NCBI GenBank assembly: GCA_016930775.1
Contig: JAFGGB010000092.1
Coordinates: forward strand, 1,474 to 65,473
Direction: 5' to 3'
DNA length: 64,000 nt
Source of the DNA: Deltaproteobacteria bacterium
GTDB lineage: Bacteria; Desulfobacterota; Syntrophia; Syntrophales; UBA2210
Positions 27,089 to 36,553 of the stretch are shown here, piece after piece. The notes below the pieces were generated by a model that did no database searches, was not told where the DNA came from, and saw only the letters and a list, made by a program, of their open reading frames with translations. Made by a program: the position numbers and the translations under genes. Positions within the stretch are counted from its first letter, which is position 1; every line of letters begins with the position of its first letter.

Positions 27089-27853
27089 CTAGAAAAGACT
27101 TCTCCGCTCTACGGGCGATACGTAGGAATGGAGTTTCTGCTCCAGAATCCTCGGATTATCGCCCGACTGGATAGACAGTACGCCGCTGATTATCAACTCT
27201 TTCACCAGGAGTTCCTGTGAACTTCTCGTTTTCAGCTTCCCCGCAATCGGAAGAAAAACAAGGTTGGCCAAAATGACTCCGTAAAACGTCGTGATCAGGG
27301 CCACGGCCATGGCCGGACCGATGCTGGAAGAGTCGCTCATGGAGATAAGCATCTGAACGAGACCGATAAGAGTCCCCACCATGCCCATGGCCGGTGCAAA
27401 GTTGCCCATGGTAGTGAAAATTTCGGCGCCAAGACCGTGCCGCTCGGCAACGTAATCCAGTTCGGTCTGGAGAATTTTTGCAAGATTTCCCGGTTCAATG
27501 CCGTCAACCATGAGGCGCACGCCTTTCTCGAGAAAAGGATCGCTCAACTCCTTCAATGTCTTCTCCAGAGCCAATATTCCCTCGCGCCGCGAAAGTTTCG
27601 ACATTTCGATAAGACGTTCGATCATGGCGTCGGGCTGCAGGGTTTTCTGGAGAAAAACATTCTTCGCCACCTTGATGACGCCCAGGACTTCCCGAATGGG
27701 ATAATTGATAAGGGTAGCGCCAATGGTGCCGCCGAAAACGATCATCACAGAAGGCAGATCTATGAAGGCGCCTATGCCTCCCTTGCTGGTCGCCATGGAG
27801 ACAAAAACGAGACCGAAACCCGAAACGATGCCGATAATTGTTGCTAGATCCAT
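27089..27853 (-). CDS. motA: Stator protein MotA (PomA-sized)
   Basis: MDLATIIGIVSGFGLVFVSM..., four TM segments, and ...FAPAMGMVGTLIGLVQML (MotA/TolQ/ExbB channel motif). Confidence 0.93.
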   Translation of the reverse strand: MDLATIIGIVSGFGLVFVSMATSKGGIGAFIDLPSVMIVFGGTIGATLINYPIREVLGVIKVAKNVFLQKTLQPDAMIERLIEMSKLSRREGILALEKTLKELSDPFLEKGVRLMVDGIEPGNLAKILQTELDYVAERHGLGAEIFTTMGNFAPAMGMVGTLIGLVQMLISMSDSSSIGPAMAVALITTFYGVILANLVFLPIAGKLKTRSSQELLVKELIISGVLSIQSGDNPRILEQKLHSYVSPVERRSLF

Positions 27854-27932
27854 GAAAGCGCTCTTCCTTGCATTCGTCCAAAATTACAGTAATCACGCAG
27901 GCCGGACACATCCGCCTTTCTTTAGCTGGATG

Positions 27933-27948
27933 AGCAAATACCGTACCA
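27933..27948 (-). promoter_or_regulatory. Sigma-54 promoter for the motA-led operon
   Basis: The minus strand reads TGGTACGGTATTTGCT. It ends 79 nt upstream of the motA ATG and is nearly identical to the flgB site. Confidence 0.65.
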
Positions 27949-28162
27949 GTAAAAACGGCGGCGATATTGCCGTGAAAACGGGAGGATGGACACAGGGGAG
28001 CAGTGAAGACGGGCCTTCTCAAAATCCCGGCGGCGGGAAAATCCATGACGAGTCGTCATAATTTTGACGAATGAAAGACGAGCAATCTATAAGCCGGCAA
28101 AGCGGGTTTCTCCGTCGGCCTGAAAGACTTCGCACCTGTGAGCAGGGGGCGGCAAGCAATGG

Positions 28163-28197
28163 AAAAAGGGGGGATTTTGTACGGTCCCCCCTTTTTT
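28163..28197 (-). terminator. Intrinsic terminator after flgE (usable in both directions)
   Basis: AAAAA-GGGGGGA-(10-nt loop)-TCCCCCC-TTTTTT. The 7-bp G/C stem starts 17 nt past the flgE stop. On the minus strand a T5 run follows it. Confidence 0.8.
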
Positions 28198-28213
28198 AAC
28201 GGATAATTAGTTC

Positions 28214-29755
28214 TTACCGTTTGAGGTTCATGAGTTCCGCCATCATCTGATCCGTCGTGGTGATGACCTTGGCGCTGGCCTGATAGGCCCGCTGGGCAGT
28301 GATCATATTGACGAATTCCGCCGCTATGTCCGTATTGGACATCTCGAGGGCGTTCGGCGTAATGCTGCCCAAACCCACGGAGCCGGGGACATCGATGATG
28401 GCTCTGCCCGAACCCAGCGTCTCGGCGAAAAGGTTGGAGCCCATTTTCATCAATCCCCAGGGATCGGGAAAATCGGCAAGCACGAGCTTGCCGATCGCAT
28501 CGGTCTGGCCGTTTGTAAAAAACCCATTGATGGTGCCGTCAGAAGCGATGGATAGACTGATCATGTCGCCCGGGGCGTAACCGTCATTGCTGAAGGTCTT
28601 GACGAGGGACGAGCTTGCGTAGCCGGTGAGCGACCCTTTGTCCATACCCCAGGTGACCACATTCGAATTGCCGATTGTGGCGCCGTTCGAGAGCTCGCCG
28701 AAGGTAACGAGAACATCTGCGGGGCTGAATTCCGATTGATTGATGGTGAATGCGATCGTGTCGCCCTCCGCCCACGCGGCTTCCAAGGCAAAGGCAACAT
28801 CGGCGCCGCCGAGACCGTCGAGATCTATGCCTATCTCATCGTCGGCGCCCATTGCGCCCAGTTGAAAGGTCATGTTTTCGTATCCGCCGTTGTCCGTTAC
28901 GGTCCAACTGTTGGCATCGGCCCCTCTCGTCAGGAGAATAGTCGTCTCCTCGGCTGTGGCCTTGTAGAGCTGCCCCGGATTCTTGACGGTGGCCGTCGCT
29001 GCGCCGTCGCCGGCGGTGGTGATAACGGGATCGCTCATTGTACTGTTAAAGACGGATTCGAGAGCGCCTGTTGCACCGAATTTGACTCCGTAATAGTTCT
29101 GTTCGGGAGATCCTTCGGCGCCTCCGTCCAGCGAAGCCTTGACGCTCCAGTAGCCGTTGGCCTCGGTTTTCTGAAAGATGAGCCCAAGAGTATGGGCGCC
29201 GCCGAGGCTGTCGTAGACCGTCTGGGAAGCCGTGAAGGTTTCACCCGCCGCCGTATCGGCATTAAGATTCGCCGAGAGGACAAAGTTCGTTGTCACATTA
29301 GGAATCGACTGTATGTTCTGGAGGTACAGGCTGTCGACGACATTGGGGTTTGCACCGGTCAGGTTGTATCCCTGAACCTTAAGCCCGTTCGCATCGACGA
29401 AGAAGCCTTCCGCATTGACATGAAAGGCGCCTGCGCGGGTGTAATAGATGCCGCCGTCGGTATTCTCGACGACGAAAAAGCCGTTGCCGTCGATGGCGAG
29501 GTCCGTGGCGCTCTGCGTCGTCTCGAAGGATCCCAGTTCGAATTGGGTGCTTATGTCGGTGACCCCCACGCCGCGTCCCACCTGGAGCACCTTCGAGGAA
29601 CCGCCGGTGATGCTCTGGCTTAAGAGATCGGCGAAATTGATACGGCAGGATTTGAAACCGACGGTATTCACATTGGCAATATTGTCGCCGATGACGTCCA
29701 TCTGTTTCGTTGCGGCCTGCAACCCGGTAATGCCGGTGTATAATGAATTTCCCAT
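28214..29755 (-). CDS. flgE: Flagellar hook protein FlgE
   Basis: MGNSLYTGITGLQAATKQMDVIGDNIANVNTVGFKS and C-terminal ...AEFVNMITAQRAYQASAKVITT. Confidence 0.95.
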   Translation of the reverse strand: MGNSLYTGITGLQAATKQMDVIGDNIANVNTVGFKSCRINFADLLSQSITGGSSKVLQVGRGVGVTDISTQFELGSFETTQSATDLAIDGNGFFVVENTDGGIYYTRAGAFHVNAEGFFVDANGLKVQGYNLTGANPNVVDSLYLQNIQSIPNVTTNFVLSANLNADTAAGETFTASQTVYDSLGGAHTLGLIFQKTEANGYWSVKASLDGGAEGSPEQNYYGVKFGATGALESVFNSTMSDPVITTAGDGAATATVKNPGQLYKATAEETTILLTRGADANSWTVTDNGGYENMTFQLGAMGADDEIGIDLDGLGGADVAFALEAAWAEGDTIAFTINQSEFSPADVLVTFGELSNGATIGNSNVVTWGMDKGSLTGYASSSLVKTFSNDGYAPGDMISLSIASDGTINGFFTNGQTDAIGKLVLADFPDPWGLMKMGSNLFAETLGSGRAIIDVPGSVGLGSITPNALEMSNTDIAAEFVNMITAQRAYQASAKVITTTDQMMAELMNLKR

Positions 29756-29832
29756 GGCCCTTGAACCTCCTTTATGAAAAAGGGTTGTATTTCCTTATCG
29801 CTGTTCGCTCAACGCGAAAAAACTATCTAAAT

Positions 29833-30468
29833 CTAAGATCCAACGGCTATAAGCGATGCCATCGGCGCCTCCAGACCCAGCACAATGAGCGAGGGAACCT
29901 CTCCGTTGAGCGAAACGCCTTCCACGACGCCCTTCACGGCCTGTTGAACCGTCACGGGCAAGCCGCTCTGGTTAAAAGCTGCAACTTCATAACTGTAGAG
30001 GCCTGGGCCTGGCAGGTCCGAGGCAGTGACTGCCGTCTCTGAAAGGCCCGCCCCCTGAGGACCGAGGGCGATTACTTTCACGGCCTTGCCATCTACATCG
30101 TAGAGCGTCAGGGTCCCATCGGCTGCAGTCTCGGCGAGGCTGTAGAGGAGCGTTGCCGACGATCCATCAAACTGAAAGGCATTCCCCTCGACCGTTACCT
30201 CTTTCCCGATGAGATCGACAGCCTGATAAGCAGCAAGGGAATCCTGTTGATCGATGAAAGATGTCATCTGAGAATTAATGTTCTCCAGCTGTTCGAGGCT
30301 GGAAAACTGGGCTAGTTGAGCCGTAAAGTCCGTGCCGTCCATGGGGTTCAGAGGATCCTGATTCTTCAGCTGTGCGATGAGCATCTTGAAAAAGGCCTCT
30401 TTATCCACGGTATTTTTGGACTGCGCAACTGTTGTTGTTGCACTGTTGACCGTTCCTACCATCATCAT
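29833..30468 (-). CDS. flgD: Hook capping protein FlgD
   Basis: ...KEAFFKMLIAQLKNQDPLNPMDGTDFTAQLAQFSSLEQL is the FlgD signature. Confidence 0.93.
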   Translation of the reverse strand: MMMVGTVNSATTTVAQSKNTVDKEAFFKMLIAQLKNQDPLNPMDGTDFTAQLAQFSSLEQLENINSQMTSFIDQQDSLAAYQAVDLIGKEVTVEGNAFQFDGSSATLLYSLAETAADGTLTLYDVDGKAVKVIALGPQGAGLSETAVTASDLPGPGLYSYEVAAFNQSGLPVTVQQAVKGVVEGVSLNGEVPSLIVLGLEAPMASLIAVGS

Positions 30469-30504
30469 AGCCGTCGCTCCTTCCTCATGAGACCGTTAAC
30501 ATCT

Positions 30505-32358
30505 TTACACAAAAATACTTACCAGGCCCCGCTGCTCCCATTCATCGCGATGTTCCGCCGGGAGTTCTTCGGGCGCCGGGACGTTTTGCCACGGCGAGTC
30601 GCCGCTATCGTTTCTCCTGTCCGACTGATCGGCGCCGTACTGCCAGGAATTGCTCTGATCGCTGCGATACTCCGCATGGTTCTGATTATCGACAAAGGAA
30701 ACCGAGATATCGTCAGTTACAAGACCGTGGTCGGCCAGAGCCTGTTTCAGTTGATCGACGCCGTTATGAAGCATCTGCCGAACAGCCTGGTTCTCCACCT
30801 GCAGGAAAATCTGAACCTTGTTCATCCTGACAATAATATCGCAATCGACGGCGCCGAGCTTCGGCGGGGAAAGAGTCAGCCTAACCCTTCCGGATTCTGT
30901 GGTCGATCGCTGCTCCAGCGCCCGCACCACCTGATCAACGACGGCCTGGTTGGAACCACGGCCGGGCCCCTCGATGGAATCCGCTCGGAGGACGCCGTTC
31001 TCCTGTATCGATGCGTTTCCTGGAAGAGCGGACTGAAATGTCCTCGCGGCGGATGCGCTTCCCTTTTCCTGATCGCCATTAACCATTGAATTTTTGATAT
31101 CTTTCTGCTCCTGCCCCGCCATGCCATCGCCGACGAGAGGGCGGAATGCCTGTTCAAAAAGTGCCGTCCGCTGGGAGGCGCCGACCCTAGTGGTTTCGAC
31201 ACTCCGCACCCCTTCGGACCTGCCGTTATTCACTGCGGCAGTTTCTTTGCCTTCGAATTTATCTTCCACATTTGCGAGTCGCGCCTGACGTGGATTGATC
31301 GGCCGGACCGCCGCAGCGGTCACGGCAGGGTTCATGATTTCCGCCAAACCGTCGCCTTTGCCCTGCTCCAAATTCCGCAGGGAAGACATCGCCTGAAGAA
31401 AATCCTGCCGGGCCGTTGTATCGTTCCCCTTGACAAGTGTCCCGGAGAAACGGTCTTTAAGTCCGCTGCCGGCGTCAGCTTCGACGGATTCACCGAGGGA
31501 TGCACTGCCGGGAGACTTCTCGCCTATTGATTGTTCTCCTGCCCCCGTCCTGTCGTATCCCGGCACTGCAGGCCGGACCGTCATGTTTGTCCTGGGCGCG
31601 CCATTATCGAAGGAGGCGGCGCCTTCCTTCAGGACAACCGAGCTAGGCGCAGCAGTTGGTTTCAAAGCTTTTTCCTGTCCTTTGCCCGTCTCGGTCGCAC
31701 CGGCGAGGAGCTTTCCCGTTCCGTTTTTGCTCGTAAGATTCGGATCGGCGCCGGCAATCCCGGCCGCAATCCCCTTGCCGTTCTCTTGTTCGTTTTCGTT
31801 GAAATTCGCCTGTGCCGCCAAACCTTCCTTTATGCCTTCATTGTTCCCGGTCTCCCGAACAGGAGCGAAACCGGTCATTTTTGCCATGGCCGACAGGACA
31901 ACTGCCCTGGGAACATCCTGATCATCCTTGCTCTGAAAAGGAGCTTCGCCGAAAAGTTTTTTCTTCTTGGAGTCATTCGGCGACGCGGCCGAAATTTCTG
32001 AGGCCGGGCTGACAGGGCTTTCCGACGGGATATCGGTCTCTTCGGCCGACGAAAAAGGATCGCCCTGCTTCAGGGGATCGACGGAATTCGTTCTTTCGAC
32101 ACGCTCGTCCCAAAAATCGCCGGACTTGCCTGGGCCGGCGACGCCGTCATTGCGGCGGGCCACCGCTTCGTTCATGGCCGCCTTGAACGGTTCCTTCCCC
32201 GGTGAGGAATTCTGATCCCCGAGGCCCGGCGCCGGCCCGGCTGATGAAAAACCGTTATCCCTGCCCAGGGCCATCATTGCATTCATGACATCGTTGAGAC
32301 TCATAGAACCTTCCGCGCCTGCAGTTTCTTCTGTTGTTCCAAATTGAGCAAGAGACAT
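30505..32358 (-). CDS. fliK: Hook-length control protein FliK
   Basis: Long low-complexity N-terminal part and a C-terminal Flg_hook-type domain ...VRLTLSPPKLGAVDCDIIVRMNKVQIFLQVENQAVRQMLHNGVDQLKQALADHGL. Confidence 0.85.
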   Translation of the reverse strand: MSLAQFGTTEETAGAEGSMSLNDVMNAMMALGRDNGFSSAGPAPGLGDQNSSPGKEPFKAAMNEAVARRNDGVAGPGKSGDFWDERVERTNSVDPLKQGDPFSSAEETDIPSESPVSPASEISAASPNDSKKKKLFGEAPFQSKDDQDVPRAVVLSAMAKMTGFAPVRETGNNEGIKEGLAAQANFNENEQENGKGIAAGIAGADPNLTSKNGTGKLLAGATETGKGQEKALKPTAAPSSVVLKEGAASFDNGAPRTNMTVRPAVPGYDRTGAGEQSIGEKSPGSASLGESVEADAGSGLKDRFSGTLVKGNDTTARQDFLQAMSSLRNLEQGKGDGLAEIMNPAVTAAAVRPINPRQARLANVEDKFEGKETAAVNNGRSEGVRSVETTRVGASQRTALFEQAFRPLVGDGMAGQEQKDIKNSMVNGDQEKGSASAARTFQSALPGNASIQENGVLRADSIEGPGRGSNQAVVDQVVRALEQRSTTESGRVRLTLSPPKLGAVDCDIIVRMNKVQIFLQVENQAVRQMLHNGVDQLKQALADHGLVTDDISVSFVDNQNHAEYRSDQSNSWQYGADQSDRRNDSGDSPWQNVPAPEELPAEHRDEWEQRGLVSIFV

Positions 32359-32438
32359 GCCACGACCAACATTATCGTTATGTTATTGTAAACAATGAAT
32401 AATTATACAAACCAGCTCATGACGTCTCGTTGAGGAGG

Positions 32439-32467
32439 AAAAAAATTCCCGCCTTGGCGGGCGGGAA
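32439..32467 (-). terminator. Intrinsic terminator closing the flgB-to-ylxF-like operon
   Basis: The minus strand reads TTCCCGCC-CGCCAA-GGCGGGAA followed by TTTTTTT. The 8-bp stem lies about 40 nt past the stop at 32510. Confidence 0.75.
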
Positions 32468-32509
32468 CGGACGGATTTGCCTGTCTCTCTTGAAAAGGTT
32501 ATCCGGAAA

Positions 32510-33109
32510 CTACTTTCGGCCGGCGCCCAGGCGGATCTCTGTCAACTCTTTTGTTATGTCCACGGCCGTCTGGGGCGTCATATATCCCATGACGGCACCT
32601 GCCTTGTCGCTTTTCATGTTCATGACAATGAATGCGGCCGTTTTACGGTCCAGTTTCTCCAGCGTCGCGGCAGCCTGAACTGGCGGTGAAGATTCATAAA
32701 CTTTTGCCAGGGATTTGATCCGTTGGCGGGACTCGTCATCGACTGAAGAAAGATATTTTGCAACCTTGTTTTCCAGTGTTCGGAGTTCTTCGATCTTTGC
32801 AAGAAGCTCTCCCTTGAGATTCTGGATACGCTGCTCCTCCTCCCGGAGCGCCGCCTCGCGGGCCTCAAGTTCGCTCTGCCTTTTCAGCAGCGAAGCATAG
32901 AGGTCCCGTTCCCGCTCCAGATTCTGGCCCGGGTTTTCCAGGACAACCGGCGGATCGGAAGAAACTGCCGTCGTCTGAGCCAGAGACGTGTCGGCCGTCA
33001 TCAATGTTTCCGCACCACGGAAATTTCCGGCCATTCCCAGAAGGGCCGCGACTTTCAACAGGATCACCAGGACAATCAGAATCTCACAGGCTGTGATCAC
33101 TCTCTTCAT
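32510..33109 (-). CDS. YlxF/MotE-like protein (MgtE-N-like intracellular domain) of flagellar operons
   Basis: TM segment, coiled coil, and C-terminal ...AATLEKLDRKTAAFIVMNMKSDKAGAVMGYMTPQTAVDITKEL. It sits between fliJ and fliK, the position I recall for ylxF in Bacillus fla/che operons. Confidence 0.6.
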   Translation of the reverse strand: MKRVITACEILIVLVILLKVAALLGMAGNFRGAETLMTADTSLAQTTAVSSDPPVVLENPGQNLERERDLYASLLKRQSELEAREAALREEEQRIQNLKGELLAKIEELRTLENKVAKYLSSVDDESRQRIKSLAKVYESSPPVQAAATLEKLDRKTAAFIVMNMKSDKAGAVMGYMTPQTAVDITKELTEIRLGAGRK

Positions 33110-33548
33110 CGAACTTCCCCTTCTTGAATTTCAGAACCGTCAATTCGTCGAGTTCCTTCTGCTCCGCCCGGACCGTCGCCCTACGGTATTCGGCCAACTG
33201 ACGCTCCTGGAGGCGCTCGACGGTCTGCCTTTTTTTCGAGGCCTCGTGAAGTCCTTGTCTCTTTTCTTCCAATTTCGCCTCGGTCTCCTCGATGACGGCC
33301 TTCTGGCGCTGTTCCTCTTCCTGAATGCGGGCGATGATCGAACAGCACAGGCTGATGTCGGAGGCTTTCATTCTTCTTTTTTCAGCGCCCTTCAGCTGGG
33401 CTTCCAGGTCCCTCCTCTTGCAAGCGAAGGCTGCAAGTTTCAGCTCCTCCTGTTGAAGACGGCGCGAAATGTCGCTGAACTCCCCGCGAGCTTCTTCCTC
33501 TTTGCGGCGTCTGTAATCCAGGAGACTCTGCAGCTTGAAAATGAACAT
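33084..33548 (-). CDS. fliJ: Flagellar export protein FliJ
   Basis: 154-aa coiled coil starting MFIFKLQSLLDYRRRKEEEARGEF. Lies immediately after fliI. Confidence 0.8.
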   Translation of the reverse strand: MFIFKLQSLLDYRRRKEEEARGEFSDISRRLQQEELKLAAFACKRRDLEAQLKGAEKRRMKASDISLCCSIIARIQEEEQRQKAVIEETEAKLEEKRQGLHEASKKRQTVERLQERQLAEYRRATVRAEQKELDELTVLKFKKGKFDEESDHSL

Positions 33549-33555
33549 AGAGACC

Positions 33556-34866
33556 TCACCGCGAGAATATTTTCAGAAGGGCGTCCTTGGCGTCATGGAA
33601 GCTTACCTTCTCTTCAAGATCCTGTTTGAGAAAAGCGTTGATCGACGAGATCATGGTTATTGCACGGTCGATTTCCGGATTGCTTCCCCGGACATAGGCG
33701 CCGATATTGATGAGATCCTCAGCCCGCCTATAGGTGGCGACTATATTCATCATATCGTTTGCTTTGGTCCGGTGATTCTTATCGACAATGTCGACCATGA
33801 CGCGGCTCACGCTTTGAAGGATATCGATGGCGGGATAATGATTTTTAGCCGCCAGTTCCCTCGTCAGGGTGACATGGCCGTCCAGTATCGAACGAGCGGC
33901 GTCCGCCACCGGCTCATTGAAATCGTCGCCTTCGACGAGGACCGTATAGAGACCGGTGATGCTGCCGCCTCCTTCGATCGGTCCCGTCCTCTCAAGCAGT
34001 TTGGGCATGAGGCTGAATACCGACGGCGTGTAGCCCTTCGTCGTCGGCGGTTCCCCGAGAACAAGACCTATTTCCCGCTGGGCCATGGCGAAACGGGTGA
34101 GGGAATCTATCATCAGAAGAATGTCCATACCCTGGTCTCTGAAAAATTCCGCCAAAGCGGTAGCCACATACGCAGCCCTCATTCTGATCAATGGGTGACT
34201 GTCCGAAGTTGCGACGACCACGACGGACCGGGCCAGGCCTTCCTCGCCAAGGCTCTTTTCTATAAACTCTCGAACTTCCCTGCCTCTTTCGCCTATAAGA
34301 CCTATGACGTTCACATCAGCTCTGGTGTTCCGTGCCATCATCCCCAGAAGGCAACTCTTTCCGACGCCGGAACCTGCGAAGATTCCCATTCGCTGTCCCT
34401 TGCCGCAGGTGAAAAGACCGTTGACCACCCGGAGTCCTAAATCTATCGGTTCGCTTATGCGGTCTCGTTTCAGAGGATTTATCGGCTCGGCGTACACAGG
34501 ATAGAGGGCGCTGGATTGTATCGGCCCTTTCCCATCAATAGGATGTCCCAGGCCGTCGATAACACGTCCCAGAAGATTAAAACCAACCTCGATATCCGCT
34601 TTTTTCCCGAGCGGATAGATTTTACAGCCCGGCGACACCCCTTGAAGATTTCCAAGAGGCATCAGGACCGTTTTCCCTTTTCGGTATCCTACAACTTCGG
34701 CGCTCACGGGCTTTAAACCGCCATTGGGAAAGATGCGGCACATTTCACCGAGCGAAGTACCCGGATCATACCCATCGATGGAAAGCCCCATGACCTCGTT
34801 CACTCTGCCGAAGAGGCCTATGGGTTTCACCGTGCCGATGGCCGCGCTATATGGATTCTTCTTCAC
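33556..34866 (-). CDS. fliI: Flagellum-specific ATPase FliI
   Basis: Walker A GIFAGSGVGKSCLLGMMARN, Walker B ILLMIDSLTRFA, and an F1-ATPase-like fold pattern. Confidence 0.97.
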   Translation of the reverse strand: MKKNPYSAAIGTVKPIGLFGRVNEVMGLSIDGYDPGTSLGEMCRIFPNGGLKPVSAEVVGYRKGKTVLMPLGNLQGVSPGCKIYPLGKKADIEVGFNLLGRVIDGLGHPIDGKGPIQSSALYPVYAEPINPLKRDRISEPIDLGLRVVNGLFTCGKGQRMGIFAGSGVGKSCLLGMMARNTRADVNVIGLIGERGREVREFIEKSLGEEGLARSVVVVATSDSHPLIRMRAAYVATALAEFFRDQGMDILLMIDSLTRFAMAQREIGLVLGEPPTTKGYTPSVFSLMPKLLERTGPIEGGGSITGLYTVLVEGDDFNEPVADAARSILDGHVTLTRELAAKNHYPAIDILQSVSRVMVDIVDKNHRTKANDMMNIVATYRRAEDLINIGAYVRGSNPEIDRAITMISSINAFLKQDLEEKVSFHDAKDALLKIFSR

Positions 34867-35531
34867 CGATTGCCCGCCTGAATCCTATCGAGTGAAAGTG
34901 CGTCCCCTATTCTCATGAGCTGAAAATCTATCGTTCCGTCGGCGCCTCCGGTTGCCGTTTCCACGATGGCGCCGCCGGGAGCAATTTTTTCATCCTTTTC
35001 AAGAATGGCGCCTCCGCCTATAGTCTGTAAAAATTCGGGCTCGTTTTCCAGAAGATACCCGTAGTCCTGAGCGCTGACCTTAATGGCAATGGCTTTTTGT
35101 CCCTGCAGCATGGTCAAGGCTTCCCGGATGGTCGCCGTCACGACGTCACGAGCCGTCGTCGCTTCCCGGCGCACTATTTTCTCTGCAATAGCCATTGACA
35201 GCGAAAGGATTTCCTCTCCCGCCCGATCCTCCCAGGCCCTGTAATGGGCAGCCATCTCTTCGAGACCTTTTTTCAACGCCTCAACAGTCGACGCGACGGC
35301 TTTGCCCGCCTGACGCCGGCCTTCCTCCAGACCTGCGGTGAAACCGCTTGCATAGGACGCCTCTTTACCGTCAGTCGGGATCTCCCGCGGCGCCGTCGGA
35401 ACCATCGCCCTTTCACCGGTAGATCGACGCTTCTTCCCGGCGGATTCTTCCGTTCGGCGAGCCAGCACCTTTTCGCGGGTCTTTCCAATGGCAATGCTGT
35501 CGGCCTTGATGATCCTGCTAGACAAATTCAT
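34863..35531 (-). CDS. fliH: Flagellar export protein FliH
   Basis: 222 aa between fliG and fliI, overlapping the fliI start by 4 nt. FliH-like C-terminal region. Confidence 0.8.
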   Translation of the reverse strand: MNLSSRIIKADSIAIGKTREKVLARRTEESAGKKRRSTGERAMVPTAPREIPTDGKEASYASGFTAGLEEGRRQAGKAVASTVEALKKGLEEMAAHYRAWEDRAGEEILSLSMAIAEKIVRREATTARDVVTATIREALTMLQGQKAIAIKVSAQDYGYLLENEPEFLQTIGGGAILEKDEKIAPGGAIVETATGGADGTIDFQLMRIGDALSLDRIQAGNR

Positions 35532-36528
35532 CTCCCTGATCGCTTCTCGCGATAACGATGCGCCCTTCCATTTCCAGTCTTTTCGCGATATCGATGATCA
35601 GCCGCTGACTCTTTTCAACCTCCGACAGTCGGACGGGCGGCAGCACTTCAATGTCGTCCTGGAGCATCTGTGCGGCTCGCTCCGACATGTTGCGGAATAT
35701 TTTCTCCCGCATTTTCTGATCGACGACTTTCAGCGCCCTGATGAGTTCCCGGGAATCCACTTCCTTAATCAGTTCCATGATGCTCTTGTCGTCCAGTTTG
35801 AAGATATCGTCGAAGGTAAACATGAGATTGCGGATTTCGGCAACAAGATCGGGAGAGCCCTCCTCAAGCTTTTCCAGGATGATCCCCTCGCTGGAACGGG
35901 ACATGCGGTTGAGTATTTCGGCCATCACGCTGACGCCGCCGAAATGCTGCTCGCTCGCCGATCCGGCGATAAGCTCCGTTTCCAAGGCGTTCGTCATTTC
36001 TTCTATGAACTCGTGGGGAACGCTTTTCAGCGTCGCGATTCGTCGCACCACTTCAGCCTGTTTTTCCGGCGGAAAGCTTTCAAGCATATCCGCTGCCTGC
36101 TCGGCCCGCAGATGGACCAACAGCAGAGCTATCGTCTGAGGGTGCTCCATCTTCGTGAAATCGAGGAGAACCTTGGGATCGATTGTCCTCAGCTTCTCAA
36201 TGACGGGGCTGTTGTAGGGCCGGAAGCTTTCTTCGGCGATTATTTGAAGGACTTCCTTGGCCTTTTCGTCTCCAAGGGCCTTGGTAATGATTTTTTTAAT
36301 GTTTTCGTCGCCCACGGAAAGGATCCGGGCGCCGCTGTCCGAGGCCATACTGCAAAATTCTTTGGCCACCGATTTTATGTCTTCACTAGTAATTTTCTGA
36401 AGACGGTTCATGCAGGTCCCCAGACGCCTGATTTCTTCGGGCTTCAGGTTCTTCATGACTTGAGCGGCCATGTCTTCGTCCAGCGACAGAAGTAAAATCG
36501 ATGCCTTTTCGATGTTATTGACGGCCAT
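35518..36528 (-). CDS. fliG: Rotor/switch protein FliG
   Basis: ...KASILLLSLDEDMAAQVMKNLKPEEIRRL... and ...MFTFDDIFKLDDKSIMELIKEV... are FliG motifs. Confidence 0.95.
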   Translation of the reverse strand: MAVNNIEKASILLLSLDEDMAAQVMKNLKPEEIRRLGTCMNRLQKITSEDIKSVAKEFCSMASDSGARILSVGDENIKKIITKALGDEKAKEVLQIIAEESFRPYNSPVIEKLRTIDPKVLLDFTKMEHPQTIALLLVHLRAEQAADMLESFPPEKQAEVVRRIATLKSVPHEFIEEMTNALETELIAGSASEQHFGGVSVMAEILNRMSRSSEGIILEKLEEGSPDLVAEIRNLMFTFDDIFKLDDKSIMELIKEVDSRELIRALKVVDQKMREKIFRNMSERAAQMLQDDIEVLPPVRLSEVEKSQRLIIDIAKRLEMEGRIVIARSDQGDEFV

Positions 36529-36553
36529 GTCCTTCGCCCCTGCTCCTCTTGAC

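Noticed and set aside
28025-28038. A small hairpin, TCCCG-GCGG-CGGGA, flanked by two AAAATCC repeats in the motA upstream region.
   Set aside because: The stem is only 5 bp and has no clear role. It could be part of an activator or IHF site, but I cannot support that from sequence alone.
29772-29810. Sigma-28-like -10 element (AGCGATAA, minus strand) in the flgD-flgE gap.
   Set aside because: The -35 position holds a T-run (TTTT) instead of TAAA at any spacing from 15 to 17. I therefore did not call it a promoter.
30508-30525. Sigma-54-like TGGTAAGTATTTTTGT at the 3' end of fliK, upstream of flgD.
   Set aside because: The -12 element is GT rather than GC, and the spacing is one nt too long. 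The sequence also lies within the last codons of fliK.
32361-32420. AT-rich region upstream of fliK, with TATAAT and AACGATAA on the minus strand.
   Set aside because: Neither hexamer has an acceptable -35 partner at the correct spacing: TCAT for the sigma-28 reading, and ACGAGA for the sigma-70 reading. A promoter must exist here, because a terminator lies just upstream, but I cannot place it.
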